Positions 28,808 through 40,269 of a DNA stretch of 64,000 nt are shown here, piece after piece (the first letter of the stretch is position 1; every line of letters begins with the position of its first letter). The notes beneath the pieces are model-generated. The model was not told the origin of the DNA. It saw only the letters and a list, made by a program, of their open reading frames with translations, and searched no databases. Origin of the DNA: Moniliella sp. 'wahieum' (Eukaryota); contig RSEE01000030.1 in NCBI GenBank assembly GCA_003971905.1, positions 434,001 to 498,000 of the forward strand. The letters are read 5' to 3'. Position numbers and translations under genes: made by a program.

Positions 28808-29863
28808 ATGCCTCACCTTCCTCCGCAACTCAAGTCGCTCGTGCTCTCACCCACCTTTGCAGGTGGCCGCCTGGCCAAGCCGCTGCAGCCGCCCAAGGCG
28901 GCTCTGCTCACCAAGCTCTTCCAGGACGTCGAAAGCTCCGCAGCAAGCAAGGTCTCGGCTGGGGCGAATGGCTGTCGATCACGACCGCCAGCCTGTTTAC
29001 TCTCGACTCGCCCGGATCGCTCCAGGCGCTGCACAAGTTCTCCGCGCCTCCCGCCTGGAAATCGAGGAGCGCACAGCGCGCGCCTCCTTGACCCGCGAGG
29101 TGGGCCTGAAGTGCATTGGGTTTGTTGGCATCCCCAAGGTCATCAACAACCTTGCTGCTCTCCGCAAGGCGGTCGAGACGGACGCCGAGCTGGTCTCGAA
29201 GCTCTCCCTTGAACCTCGCAGGTAGGTCTTTTTTCCGTTCCGTGTACCCTTCCCCCCCCCCCCCCCCCCCAGGCTGGGAATGCGCTGCTGACGTTGACCT
29301 TTCTCAGGCGCGTGACAAAGGACAACATTGGCTTGGTCAACAAGTCGGCGTACGGGTTGTGGGACAACATTTACACCCCGCTTTCGGAGCGACTGATTGA
29401 TGTGCTCAAGAACAGTCATCCTGACTGCCTGTGTTTATCATTGAGAACGAGTATGGTCCGCTGTTTGCCTCGCCCGGCTCGTTCCATGATCCCGCTCTGC
29501 CCGAACCGGCGTGGGACGTGAACCGGCTGCGTACCTCGCTGGTTGCCATCTCGGCACTGCGGTCACAAGGCGGTGTGGGCCCGCAGGTCACGTCGCATAT
29601 TTGGGGGCTGCTCAAGGCCAAACCCTCCATCTCGTCCCAGGACGTGAACAAGGAAGGGTTGGAATGGCTCACGTCGGAAGAGGGGGCAGAATGGGTGGTC
29701 AAGACGGTCGACCAGGTATGTATCCATCGTGCATCCTTATGAATGGAAGAAGGCAAGTCAGGACTGACTGTGGAACTGCGGATTTGACCAGATTGCCGAG
29801 GTGGTCGAAGGTACGCCAGAGGCAGAGCGGGAGCCCAAACCTGCGCCCAAGCCCAAGCTGTAA
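28808..29863 (+). CDS. AhpD/carboxymuconolactone-decarboxylase-like fungal protein (Pxp2-like); introns about 29222-29307 and 29716-29791
   Basis: REVGLKCIGFVGIPKVINNL, LWDNIY..SHPD..FIIENEYGPLF, TSLVAISALRSQGGVGPQVTSHIWGLLKA, WLTSEEGAEWVVKTVD; spliced end ...PKPKL*. Confidence 0.7.
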
Positions 29864-30789
29864 TCGGAGCATATCGTGGGCGAACGTGCTGCCTGTTTCC
29901 AGCGATCTGCACTACAATAGCGACTGTTCTTGTTGATTATCGAACACCCTCAGCGTAACCCGAATAGAGTGGGACTTGTAGTGGGCATTATAGAAGCACA
30001 AGCGAACGAAGACAACCAATCCTCAGCGGAGACGTTATACTGAACGCACTTGAAGTCCTGGGGTAAAGCAAAACTCGATCAAAGTGCACCCTCTCCGCCA
30101 GGCTCTGCCACGTCCCAGACCTTTGCAGTTGAACGTTCGTTGAACTTGACGTTGAGAAAACCAGCAGATAGACCGGGGAGGATACGTGCGGTAGGTAAAT
30201 CATCCTCTTGTGGTACCTGCAGTAAACGAGGTAGACTACGGTAAGGCCGGTAAACGTGGTAAACCACCATTCTGCTGGCACCGAATTTATCCGACAGCTG
30301 GCACAACAATAGGTGCGTCTTCACGCGTGACGTTCATGTGACATGTGACTAGTGACTCCATCTGCTCCTTGCGCTTTTGGCTCGTGCGCAGAACCGCAGT
30401 GACCGGTGACGGTGACCGGTGACCCAAAGTCTTTTAATCGATGAGGCCGTCACATGTCACACCGTGACGAGCACAATTTCTATGTAGCAACGCTGAAGGG
30501 CGCACGCCATTCCCCCGTCCTCCACCTACACCGCAGGTTGAAAAGCAGTGCATGAACAGCTTGGCCAGCTTGGTCAGCTTGACGGAATGGGTGAGAAGCA
30601 CGGTTTTGGTTTGGTTGGCACCTTGGACTCGAAGAAGGAGAAAAAAACAACGATAAACAAACAAGGCAAACGAGACGGTAGTAACTGCGACTAGTAGAGA
30701 AGCACTGGCAACAGAAGGACGAAACCGATGACAAACCACTGGTGGCCATATGGTGGCCTTGGGTCCCCGCATACCTGTTTTGGCCATGC

Positions 30790-31942
30790 TCAAAACCCTT
30801 GGTGAGCAGCGAGGTACTCGTAGACGGGCATGTTGAGCCTGGCACGGTCGAGAGGTTAGCTGGTACCGAGCATGAGACAGGGGGGAAGGCACAGCGTAGA
30901 GAACGTACTGAATCGCGTCATGTACTTCAGGGGGCAAATCGAGCTTTTTGGCATCCTTGGCCGCAGCGCCCGCGTCGGTCCGAAAGCCAGTCGATTGCTC
31001 TGCAACGGCGTGGTAGGACCCCCACTTGGCAAACTCTGAAGTGGCATTTTCGCTGGCTGATTGGCTGGTACTTGGTTCGTTGGCCTTGGGCGAAGCGCGC
31101 GTGGCTTCCCACTGAAGCATACCCTCCTCAAAGGGAATCCCTACGGCAGTACAATACGCGCGCACTGTTTCGTCAGGATGTTGGAGCAGAGCTGCGGCGT
31201 CAATCAAAGGGTAGTGACTTTGCTTGGGGGACGAAGAAGCAGAGCGGTTGTACTCTGACCTGGGGTTGGTTAAATACGCATACAGAATGGCTTGTTCCTT
31301 GTACCCAGCTTCGGCCGGGTCAAAGTATTCAAACCCAGCTGCACCATCTTGACAGCATTTGAAGTACGATGGAACCCCCTTTTCCGGGGTACGGATGAGG
31401 AACGTGTGCTTGAACTTGTAACAGTTCGTTGGGAACAACAGTTGGGTTGGCCACGACGCGCGAGGCAAATCAGGTGCCAGAGAGCCATCGGGTTGGATGT
31501 AACTGTCATCGGGTGTGTCGGTAGCTGCCGTCAGCGGCTTGGCGCCAGGAGACAGTTGGTACTCCTCCCCTTGCGCATGGTACACACGCGACTGGGGGTG
31601 CAACTTGGCTAGCGTCGAGGTAGGGAAGATGTACTGCGCCATGTCTTTGACAAACACAAAGCTTTTTCCTTCCTTCCGTTGGTTGGCACCGCGACCCATT
31701 GGGTTTGTTCCGTCAGCCACACCAGCAAGCGTTTCGAGAAGCGTTGCCTGCACATCACTGTGGTCCTTCTCAATCGAAGCCCGGGAGAAGCGGAGGCATT
31801 GGCGCTGCTGGCCCCAGTAGAATGCATCGCCCAAGGGCTCGTGGTACGTGATGGTGTCATCGCGCTGCATGAAGGCGCGCTCAAATGCGGTAGAGCAGCT
31901 GCGCGGGTGGCACCAGATAATGATGGACTCCAAGACAGGCAT
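30790..31942 (-). CDS. stand-alone sulfotransferase-like P-loop protein (same family as the N-terminal domain of plant BCAT-like proteins); intron about 30839-30908
   Basis: IIIWCHPRSCSTAFERAF, YHEPLGDAFY, FVKDMA, KHTFLIRTP, IDAAALLQHPDETVRAYC..GIPF..MLQW, YHAVAEQSTGF; spliced end NMPVYEYLAAHQGF*. Confidence 0.8.
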
Positions 31943-32204
31943 GGCGTGGAGAGAAGGGGGAGCAGGCGGTTCGGCGTCCAGGGGTGGGGTGCGGGGTGCG
32001 GAAAGGATGTTGGTCCGACTCGATGGCAAGGATGATACAAATGTCGGCTTTTATACTGGCAGCAGGGCAAAATGGTATGTGCCCGGAGAAATGTGGGGTT
32101 GCAGCCGAGAGCTGCACTGCAGGAGTGTGCATGCAGGCACAGTAGGGCACAGCAGGGCATCGCCTGGCATCGCACGGGCCCGCAGAAGCGAGACGGCTTA
32201 ATTT

Positions 32205-33135
32205 GAGGCTTAGAGCTTCAAGCTTCAGGCTGAAGCTCTGTAGCCTCAACCTCACTAGCACTCAAGCTCAAGCTCCAAGCTCCAAGCTTCAAGCCTAAAA
32301 AACTTACGGCCTACATATCAGGCCCAAAGCCCTTAGCCTAAGGCCTAAGGCATAGCCACTAGCCAGTACCAGGAGCAAGTCGTAACCGGAATTAAACCAG
32401 GTACTAGGTACTGTTACCATGTTACCGGGGTACCTGGTAAGGCGGTCGCACTGCTATGAACAAGTTGGTTCAATCAAAACCTGGATGCAGTCCGAGACAG
32501 ACCAGATGCCTGGGCGACCGGTGATGGGTGCATGTCATGCATGTCATGCATCATGCGCTGGAAGCATTTGCCACGCAGCCAAGGCAGCGCGACGCATCAT
32601 GCATCATGCACATCATGCGTCGCATCACACGTCACGCGTCATGCATCATGCATCATGCACCAAGTAGTGAGTGCGGAGTGTTAGCTTGACTAGTGACTTA
32701 GCTAGTGCCTCAGACTGACGCATAAGGCCGAGGTCTATTAGGCCGGTCACCGGTCACCGGTCACTGGTCATTGGCCACCGGTGAGCTCAGCTGGTTAATA
32801 GGGTCACTAGGTCACTAGGTCACTGCTCGCCGCGAAAGCGGTTGGAGGATGCGCACGTGACCGCATGACCAGTAAAGCTATAAAGCTCCTCATCCACATG
32901 GGCCTCATGCCTCGCCCTGCCCTGCCCTGTCTTGTGAGGCCGTCAGATCACAGGCACCTTCCTTGCACGGCGATCGACCATCCTGAAAATGGTCCGGCAA
33001 GCGGCAACAGGCGGCAACGTCAGCGTCGTCAGCGTCAACCCTCAAATCCCCAATTAAGAGGCAGTCCATCGCTCATTAATTTCATTAACGTTTAACGTCC
33101 AACTTGAACATTCATCGCTCCAGCTTCAGCTTCAG
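32205..33135. repeat. cluster of heptad TNA+palindrome arrays (AGCT, GGCC, TGCA, CGCG, CTAG, CCGG types)
   Basis: For example TCA CGCG TCA TGCA TCA TGCA TCA TGCA (32632-32659), CCGG TCA CCGG TCA CCGG TCA (32743-32763) and TAA GGCC TAA near 32339. Confidence 0.8.
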
Positions 33136-33361
33136 CGCAGCCCGTACTCAGCCCGAGCGCTCACCTGCAGATCGGCATCAACTCGGTTGCACCGATTGCT
33201 GCATCCCAGCGCATGCTGTTGTTGCTTTGCCACTCGCCCCCACTCGCACTCCTGGCTGAGCTCAGTCGATGGGAGATCACTCGATCACGACACCACAGCG
33301 ACCATCATCCGCCTCAACGAGTCCGACCTACCCTGGTCCACTCAGTCTTTCGACCACCATC

Positions 33362-33832
33362 ATGGCCACCGCCCAACATTTCTCCGGGGATGACAACTCT
33401 GCCCCCACCACGCACTTCCTACTGATGACGGAGAATGCGCCGAGGAGACGCATGCGCTTCTCGCCACTCCCAAAGAGTTCTCCCCGGCTACTCTCCCCGC
33501 CTCGTCTCGTCCGAGGGCGGAAGAAGCAGAGCCTGTCTACACGGAGGAATTGCCTTGGTTCATTGCCTACTTTTCTACGACAATGGCGAGGGAGGAGTGC
33601 GGGTGGTACGCGCTGTCTTGGCCGCTGCCGTCTTCTTCACCATCGCCCTGACCTTGACCATTGGGTTGGTCTGTGTCCGCCACGGTCATGCCCATCCCGC
33701 ATTCGAACTCTGGCTCCCTTCTTCCTGCGCTCCACGCATCCCAACTCCTCCAGCGCCTCTGCCTCTTCTCTCTTGCCTACTGCAACCACGCATCTTCTCG
33801 CTACCGGCGCTAGCCCGACCACAGCGGCGTAA
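33362..33832 (+). CDS. hypothetical small membrane protein (frameshifted)
   Basis: ATG in CATCATGG context (MATAQHFSGDD...) and a strongly hydrophobic segment VVRAVLAAAVFFTIALTLTIGLVCV in another frame; no family recognised. Confidence 0.35.
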   Translation: MATAQHFSGDDNSAPTTHFLLMTENAPRRRMRFSPLPKSSPRLLSPPRLVRGRKKQSLSTRRNCLGSLPTFLRQWRGRSAGGTRCLGRCRLLHHRPDLDHWVGLCPPRSCPSRIRTLAPFFLRSTHPNSSSASASSLLPTATTHLLATGASPTTAA

Positions 33833-34047
33833 ATTTTCTGGCCAGTCGCCCTATCGACTCTCGAACCACTGGAAGCAATACGTTCCTGGGCAATGCAGGC
33901 GGCTTTGTTCGCCTTTCAAGATTCCTTTTCTTCTAGAACTACGCCGACCCACTTCGTCGCTGCCATTCACTCGCTGTTGTTCATATTTCTTCATACATGT
34001 ACTCCCAACTGATGGATCGCCTGTGTGATAGTGGCCAACGTATCCAA

Positions 34048-34837
34048 TCATTCGTCCATATCAAAGCTTAGCCCCTTTCCACTCTTCTTGATCTCTTTAC
34101 GAGCCGCTTGGTTCTTCTTTTTTCTCGTAACCGATTTCGGTGGCGCCGCGCTGGCCACCTCACGAGCCAGACGTTCTTTCGCTTTGGCCTTATCCTGAGG
34201 ATCCTCCTCTTCAATCAGAACGCGTTTGGCCAGCGTGCTATCTTGAGGCTTGGAGGGGGCAGTTTTACGCTCTGCAATCAATGCACGTACCCCGTCCATT
34301 CCGTCTTTGGGATGGGTGTCCATACGCGGGACTTTGCGCGTCTCCTCGTCTTGGCCTACGGGCACTGCACGTCGTTTAGCTCGTACGGCAGCTCCTGGTA
34401 AGCCTGCTTGCGCACGGGAATTGGATGGCGGTTCAGGTGTTGGGGCGATGTCGGAAGCTGAAGCTGATGCGGGGGATGGAAGTCAGTCAAAGGAACTACC
34501 ACATTGAGGGGAGGGGCTGGGGAGAGGTGGACGACATACGTTGGGAAGTAGATTGACCGTGGGAGATCTGGCGAGCTCCTCGCGAGTGAGGTGCTTCTTT
34601 TCATCCAATACCACTACATGCGCATTGTGCCAGTCCTCCTCGTCATCCGAGTCGGGCAAAGCCCATCGTCGCGAGACGGGCCGGAGGATCCGACACCTAA
34701 CGCATCGTCCCACTCGGACCGAGCAGGAGCGGGCTGTACCTTGTCTTTGAAAGCTTGGAGGAACTTTGGTACAGGAGCAGCCTGGAACTCGAGATGCTTG
34801 GCTTGACGGCGTTGAGTTTGGGTGATGGCGGCGCCAT
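34048..34837 (-). CDS. DUF4604-like small hydrophilic protein; frameshifts
   Basis: HLEFQAAPVPKFLQAFK, acidic DDEEDW..VVVLDEKKHLTREE and Lys-rich end KKSGKGLSFDMDE*, matching the family's PxFL.../LSF-acidic layout. Confidence 0.6.
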
Positions 34838-35182
34838 GGGAGGAGGAAGTTGGTGGAAATGGAGGCCTCGACCAAGTGGAGCTCACTGAGGACCTGGGTA
34901 CACTTGAGTTCAAGCTTGAGGCTTGAGTGTACTGATCGATGAACGTATCCACCCCATCTACCTTGTGTTCAACGTTCAATATTCTGGCCACGTTTCAAAT
35001 TCCAGTGCTGATACGGCGGAACGCTCCCCTGATTCCGCCCGGGGGAGAGTGGAGTCACATGGCGGGACACTGCCCCCGTGCATGGAACACTTTCTCTTCT
35101 TCCTTTTTTTTCTGGGCGCACGTGGTCCATAAGAGGAGCGGGCGTCTGGTCTTTTCTGCCCAACCACCCTATCCTCCCCACC

Positions 35183-36638
35183 ATGTCCTTCGGCAAGCTC
35201 TACGGCGGCAACCCCGACTTCACCCGTGTCTGGCGCATCCGCGCCGCCGCCAAGGTGGCCGGCCTCGATCGAGTTCGTTCCCACCAAGGTTAATGTGGAC
35301 ACCAAGACGCCCGAGTTCCTTGCCCTGAACCCGCAGGGCAAGGTCCCCGTCTGGCACGGTGCTGACGGCTTTGTCCTCACCGAGTCGCGTGCCATCGCTA
35401 TTTACTGTACGTTCTTCTCTTCTCCTTCCCTCCCGACAGCGATGATGTGTTCTTCGGAACAGTTATCCCTGGCTAAATGGTGGCATTGGTAGCCACCGCG
35501 TCGTGTCGAAACCATTGCACAAAATGTGGCTGAGCTGTACACGGGAGGAAAGACCAATTGAATCAATCACAAGGGTACTGACGTTGATTGTCGTTTGTCG
35601 CTAGTCGCCTCGCTCGCTAAGAACGCCAAGCTCCTCGGCAACGATGAGGCTACCTCGGCGCTCATCACGTCGTGGGTTGAGTGGGCTGATGACGAGGTGC
35701 TCAACAAGGCCATCTCGATCTGCTACCCCAAGTGGAACATTGTGCCTTACTTCAAGCCGCTCGACACGCTCCAGCGTGAGGGCCTTGCCAAGTCGCTCTC
35801 TTACCTCGAGAAGACGCTGGCCAAGAAGACCTTCCTTGTTGGCCACCGCCTGACTCTGGACATTGTCGTCGCCGGCAACCTGCAGTTCATCTTCACCTCG
35901 ATCTACGGTGCCGAGACGCGTGCGACCTACCCCAACACGGTTCGCTACTTCAACACGGTGCTGAACCTGCCTGCGCTTAAGGAGGTTGCCCCGACCGAGG
36001 CGCTGCTCGCCGAGGACTACAAGTTCTCTGTGCCCAAGAAGGAGAAGGCGCCCAAGGCTGCCCCCGCCCCGGCTGCCCCCAAGAAGGAGAAGGCCGCTCC
36101 AAGCCTGCTGAGGACGACGAGGCCCGTGAAGGAGGCCCCTAAGCCTAAGAACCCTCTGGACTTGCTGCCCAAGTCGTCGTTTGTCAACGACGACTGGAAG
36201 CGTGTCTACTCGAACCAGGACACCAAGACCCAGGCCATCCCCTGGTTCTACCAGAACTTTGACTGGGAGGGCTGGTCCATTGTCAAGTTCCGCTTCAAGT
36301 ACCCCGAGGACCTGACGGCCATCTTTATGAGCTCCAACCTGATTGGCGGGTTCTTCAACCGTCTCGAGGCCAGCCGCAAGTACTTGATGGGCACGGGTGG
36401 TGTGTTTGGCGAGGCGAACGACTCGGAGATCCAGGGTGTGTTTATCCTCCGTGGCCAGGACTGGAAGCCCGTCCTGGGCGTTGCGCCCGACATTGAGTCG
36501 TACGAGATTACCCCTCTCGACGTGCGCAACAACGAGGAGGACAAGAAGTACTTTGAGGGCATGCTCGAGTGGGAGCTTTCTGTCCCCTCGCGCGCGGGCA
36601 AGCCCCTGGCTTACCAGGATGGCAAGGTGCTCAAGTAA
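35183..36638 (+). CDS. TEF4: translation elongation factor EF-1 gamma (eEF1Bgamma); intron 35407-35604
   Basis: GST-like N-terminus (EFLALNPQGKVP..GADGFVLTESRAIA), FLVGHRLT, KPKNPLDLLPKS, DDWKRVYSN, FMSSNLIGGFFNRLEASRKY, DGKVLK*; strong codon bias. Confidence 0.95.
35436..35538 (+). ncRNA. SNR38: intronic box C/D snoRNA snR38 (guides 2'-O-methylation of LSU rRNA, yeast Gm2815)
   Basis: Terminal stem ACAGC/GCTGT, extended by CCTCCCG/CGGGAGG. C-box-like ATGATG at 35442, guide AACAGTTATCCCTG (antisense to rRNA CAGGGAUAACUG) followed by D'-like CTAA, D box CTGA at 35530-35533. Host gene matches yeast TEF4/snR38. Confidence 0.9.
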
Positions 36639-36920
36639 ACTGCGAGCACTTACGTCGACATCAACCTGAATTTATGCATCATGGGTTGTCCTTTTACATT
36701 GGCGAGGAAAGGTGCTAGAACAATTATCGTAGCTGTTGCTATAGAACCACGAGGCAAATGAATGAAAGGGGCAGACGACAGCAAGAATTGATGAATTGGT
36801 TCGACATCTGAACGAGACATTGGTTACTGGGTTGGGGGCAGAGCCCGAGCTATACTGTGATGATCGATGTAAGCTTGAAGAGAGAAACCTGAGGCCGAGC
36901 ACCAGCGATGCGAAACGGAT

Positions 36921-38678
36921 TTAGACCTTGCGCTGCTTGGTACTGCGGCCCTCCAACTCGTCTCTTCGTCCTCATCCACCACCGTCGTGGCACGGGCACG
37001 AGAGGAAGTGTGGAGTGCCGCTGCCGACTGTCGCCCCACTCGGCACGGGGCGATGCCGGCTCCTCATCGCGACTGGCGTTTGGATGGGAAGGCCGGCTCC
37101 GAATCCCGTGGCACTCTTGGCCGCAGGCGGGAGGGTGGGCTGGTCCGAGACCGACGCCGAGCGCTCAAACAAAAAGCCTCCGTCGTCCTTGGCCGCTTGT
37201 CCGCGGACGATGGAGGAGGTTGGTCTGACACTGGTGCCGGGGGCTCAAACACAAGTTCTCTCTCGTCCTTGGATGGGTCGTCGCCAGAACGTTCAAAGAG
37301 GAAGCTGGGCCGCCCTTGCTTGGTACATTGTAGGTATTGTCACCCACCGTTCCATCATCCAGCACCACGACGCCCGGAAGAGGACCCGAGGCGTAGTCTC
37401 GCCCTGGCCGGCTGCAGTCGGGCCCGGAGGATTTCCTGCGCAAGCCAATTGAGCCCCGCCTCTTCCTCATCATCCTCGTCGGACGTCGGAGTCTGAGCGG
37501 GTGCCACGCCCGTGGGGGGGAAGGCGAGTCGTGCCGCACAAAGCGGCGGGGAAGACGGGTAGGCACGGGAGCAGGCACAAAGGGCACTTGCTCAGGAGGG
37601 TCGTCGGGCGAAAGAAGTTGCCACGTACCCGGCGCCTCCATCTCCAGATCCTCTGGCTGGGCATCCTCCTCGTCCCCGACGCCGACGTGCCAGCATAAGA
37701 AGGCGAGACAAACAGAGACCGATTGGCGTTCCGCGTCGCGGCTGCGCTCTGCAGCGGTGCATAGAACGCATCCCCACGAGGGAAGGAGAGGTACTTGAGC
37801 CCCGGAATCGCTTCCGCGTCCTGAGGAGCCGCAGACAGCAGCTCTGGTGCCGGGGGGGGAGCATCCGCCTCCGCCTCAGCACGCTGCTGCAGGAAGGAAG
37901 AAGACCCGGCCAGGCTTGGCGGTACGGAGCATCTTGCAGCTGGGCTTGGGGCGCACAGGACGGTCGGATGGCACCTCGGCATACTCGTCGTAACCTTGTC
38001 CTGCCTGGTGCATTTCGTTCCACTGGGATTGAGACGCTTGCTGCGCGTAGGTCGCAAACGCACGGTCCGGGTCGGCAAAAGAAGAAGCCTGCCCAGCCGG
38101 TTGGCCCAACGAGGGTACTTCAGCGTACTCGTCGTACCCACTGCGTGGCACCTGGGCCAAAGTCGGGTTGGCTTGGCCGGCTTGACGGTTCAAGAGAGCG
38201 GCTAGCAGCACATATGTATTTGCCTCGTCCAAGTCGGTCTCGGGGGCGTACGAGTCCGGGTGGAGCATGTAAGGGAACATGTTGTCGTACACGGGCTCGG
38301 CCGGAAGCGCATTGAGCAAGAGCTCCCGCCGTCCCAGCGCATCGAGCACCGCCTCTTCCTGAGCCAGGGCAAAGACGAGCTGCGCCAGCTCCTTCTCCGA
38401 CTCCATCTCGGCCAAGGCTTGGGCCCGAGCCTCCTGCTCGGCCTGCTCACGGCGTGTTCGATCGCGGCTTGGACACAGCCTCGACGATCGCCTGATCCTG
38501 GAGCTCGGCCTGGCGGCGTACTTCGGCCTCGGCACGTGCCTGGGGGCCGCGACGAGGGCGAGGTGTGGTCGACGAGGTAGAGCAGCGTGCGCGGGTCGCA
38601 CACCTCGGCCACCTCAGTGGGGGTTTGGGCGGGCGGCGCGTCGGCCCAGTCGTCGGCGATGAAGATTTGCAGGGACAT
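36921..38678 (-). CDS. orphan low-complexity protein with duplicated GYDEYAEVPS motif; frameshifts; ends approximate
   Basis: MSLQIFIADDWADAPP..., coiled-coil-like EQAEQEARAQALAEMESEKELAQLVFALAQEE, two identical decapeptides with synonymous codon changes, possible end ..EGRSTKQRKV*. Confidence 0.55.
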
Positions 38679-39222
38679 GAGGAGGGGCAGTGGGGCAGGT
38701 GGAGGAGGCGGAGGCGGTGGGCGAGAGGAAATGCCGGAGAAGTGCAAGAGGAATTGCGGGAGGAATGCGAGAGGAAATGAGCGAAAAGGTGCGAGTGGGG
38801 ACCCGTGTAAGACCACTTGTGTGCTGGGCCTGCGTGGCCTCAGCGCAGTCCGTGGGACATCACTCGGCCGTCTCACTGGTCACGCGTCGCCGTCACTGCC
38901 GCGCCAGCCCGCTCACATGCGCTCACACCCGACGGGGCCCGGGCGTTCGGGTTTCGCTTCCGCCTCGGCTGCAGGCACTGCATGACGTAGCCAGCCCAGC
39001 CCCAGCCCAGGCAACCCTACCCCTGCGCACGTAAGCAGGCGCTGACCTGCGGTGCGTGTGCGTGTGGCCATCGATCGTCCCGCTCAGCAGGCGCTCAGAC
39101 TCAATCTCAGCTCTCAGCGCCCCCTCAGCACCAGCTGCTTCTGCGCCGAGTGGCGCTGCTGCTCCACCGACAGCACCACCCGACACGACACGAGCCACCC
39201 CGCTGCCACCCCTCTGCCCGCG

Positions 39223-40269
39223 ATGGCCAACCCCTCCAACGCCTACATCATCGCCAACATCCTCCAGGACGCCCAGGAGCTGCGCGACCGCCACGCCTGT
39301 CCCAGTCCGCATATACCGCCATCACCACCCCGCTCAAGTCCCACCAAGCGCTTGCTGACCCCTACCTCTCCACCCGGGCGGACACGCTCCCCCGCTCGGT
39401 GCCTCCCCCGCCCCAGCCACCGCCACCGTTGCAAGTGCCGGTGCCAGTCCTTATGCCCAAGCCGCCCCTCCTGCCACTTTCTCCGCCCCCCCCGCCCCGC
39501 AGCTAGCCCGCCCCGATCCCGCTGCCGACCAAGACGCTCGGCCCTCGGTGGCCGCGCTAACCGCCCGCCTGGCTGGGCATACGTCCCCCCGCCCGGCGCC
39601 GCTGTTGGCGGCGCACGGAGCGCGAGTGGCTTGCCCAAACGCGCTCCGCCCCCTGCGCCAGCCAAGAGTCCTGCCGGGCCCAGCGAGAGCGAGAAGGGAG
39701 AGCGAGCACGGCGCTGTGGGACTACAAGCCGACGGCTGACGACGAGCTGGGCTTTGGCAAAGGAGATGTGATCTTGGTGGTGGAGCGGACGACGGAAGAT
39801 TGGTGGAAAGGGCATCGGGTAGGTGCAGTGGGCCAAGAGGCGCGGGACCGGTTGTTCCCAGCCAACTATGTAGAGATGATCCAGGCCCCCCTCCTGCCAA
39901 GGAAAAAAGATCCGCCCCGGCCTATGGCGCAGCAACGGGCTCCAGTGCGTACGGAGCACAGAACGGTCCTGCCTCCACCTATGGTGCTCCTCCGCCCATG
40001 GGAGTAGGCTATGGAGGCTACCAGCCCTATGGCGCCCCCCCAGCCGGGGGAGGGTATGGTGCGCCGGCGCCGGCGCGTCCGGTGCCTGAGCCTTTCAAAG
40101 CGCGTACGGCAGCCGGGCTGGACCCGCTCCCAATGCCCCGACCCCTGAAGAGGCTCGCAACGCACGCAAGGAGAAGGTATCCAAAGCGTTGAACTCCAAC
40201 GTGGGCCGTGCCGCCGTGGGTGGCGCGGCGTTTGGAGCAGCGGCGGGCATCGTGGGCAGTATTTTCTAA
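39223..40269 (+). CDS. Pro-rich SH3-domain protein, Lsb1/Pin3-like; frameshifts
   Basis: ARALWDY..DDELGFGKGDVILVVERTTEDWWKG..LFPANYVEM (SH3) and C-terminal NVGRAAVGGAAFGAAAGIVGSIF*, typical of Lsb1/Pin3. Confidence 0.8.

Noticed and set aside
29252..29269. Poly-C tract as a functional element
   Set aside because: Homopolymer inside an intron; its length is unreliable in this assembly.
32205..33135. Synthetic polylinker or vector contamination (many restriction-site palindromes)
   Set aside because: Motifs are degenerate, dispersed through many native intergenic regions and not accompanied by vector sequence.
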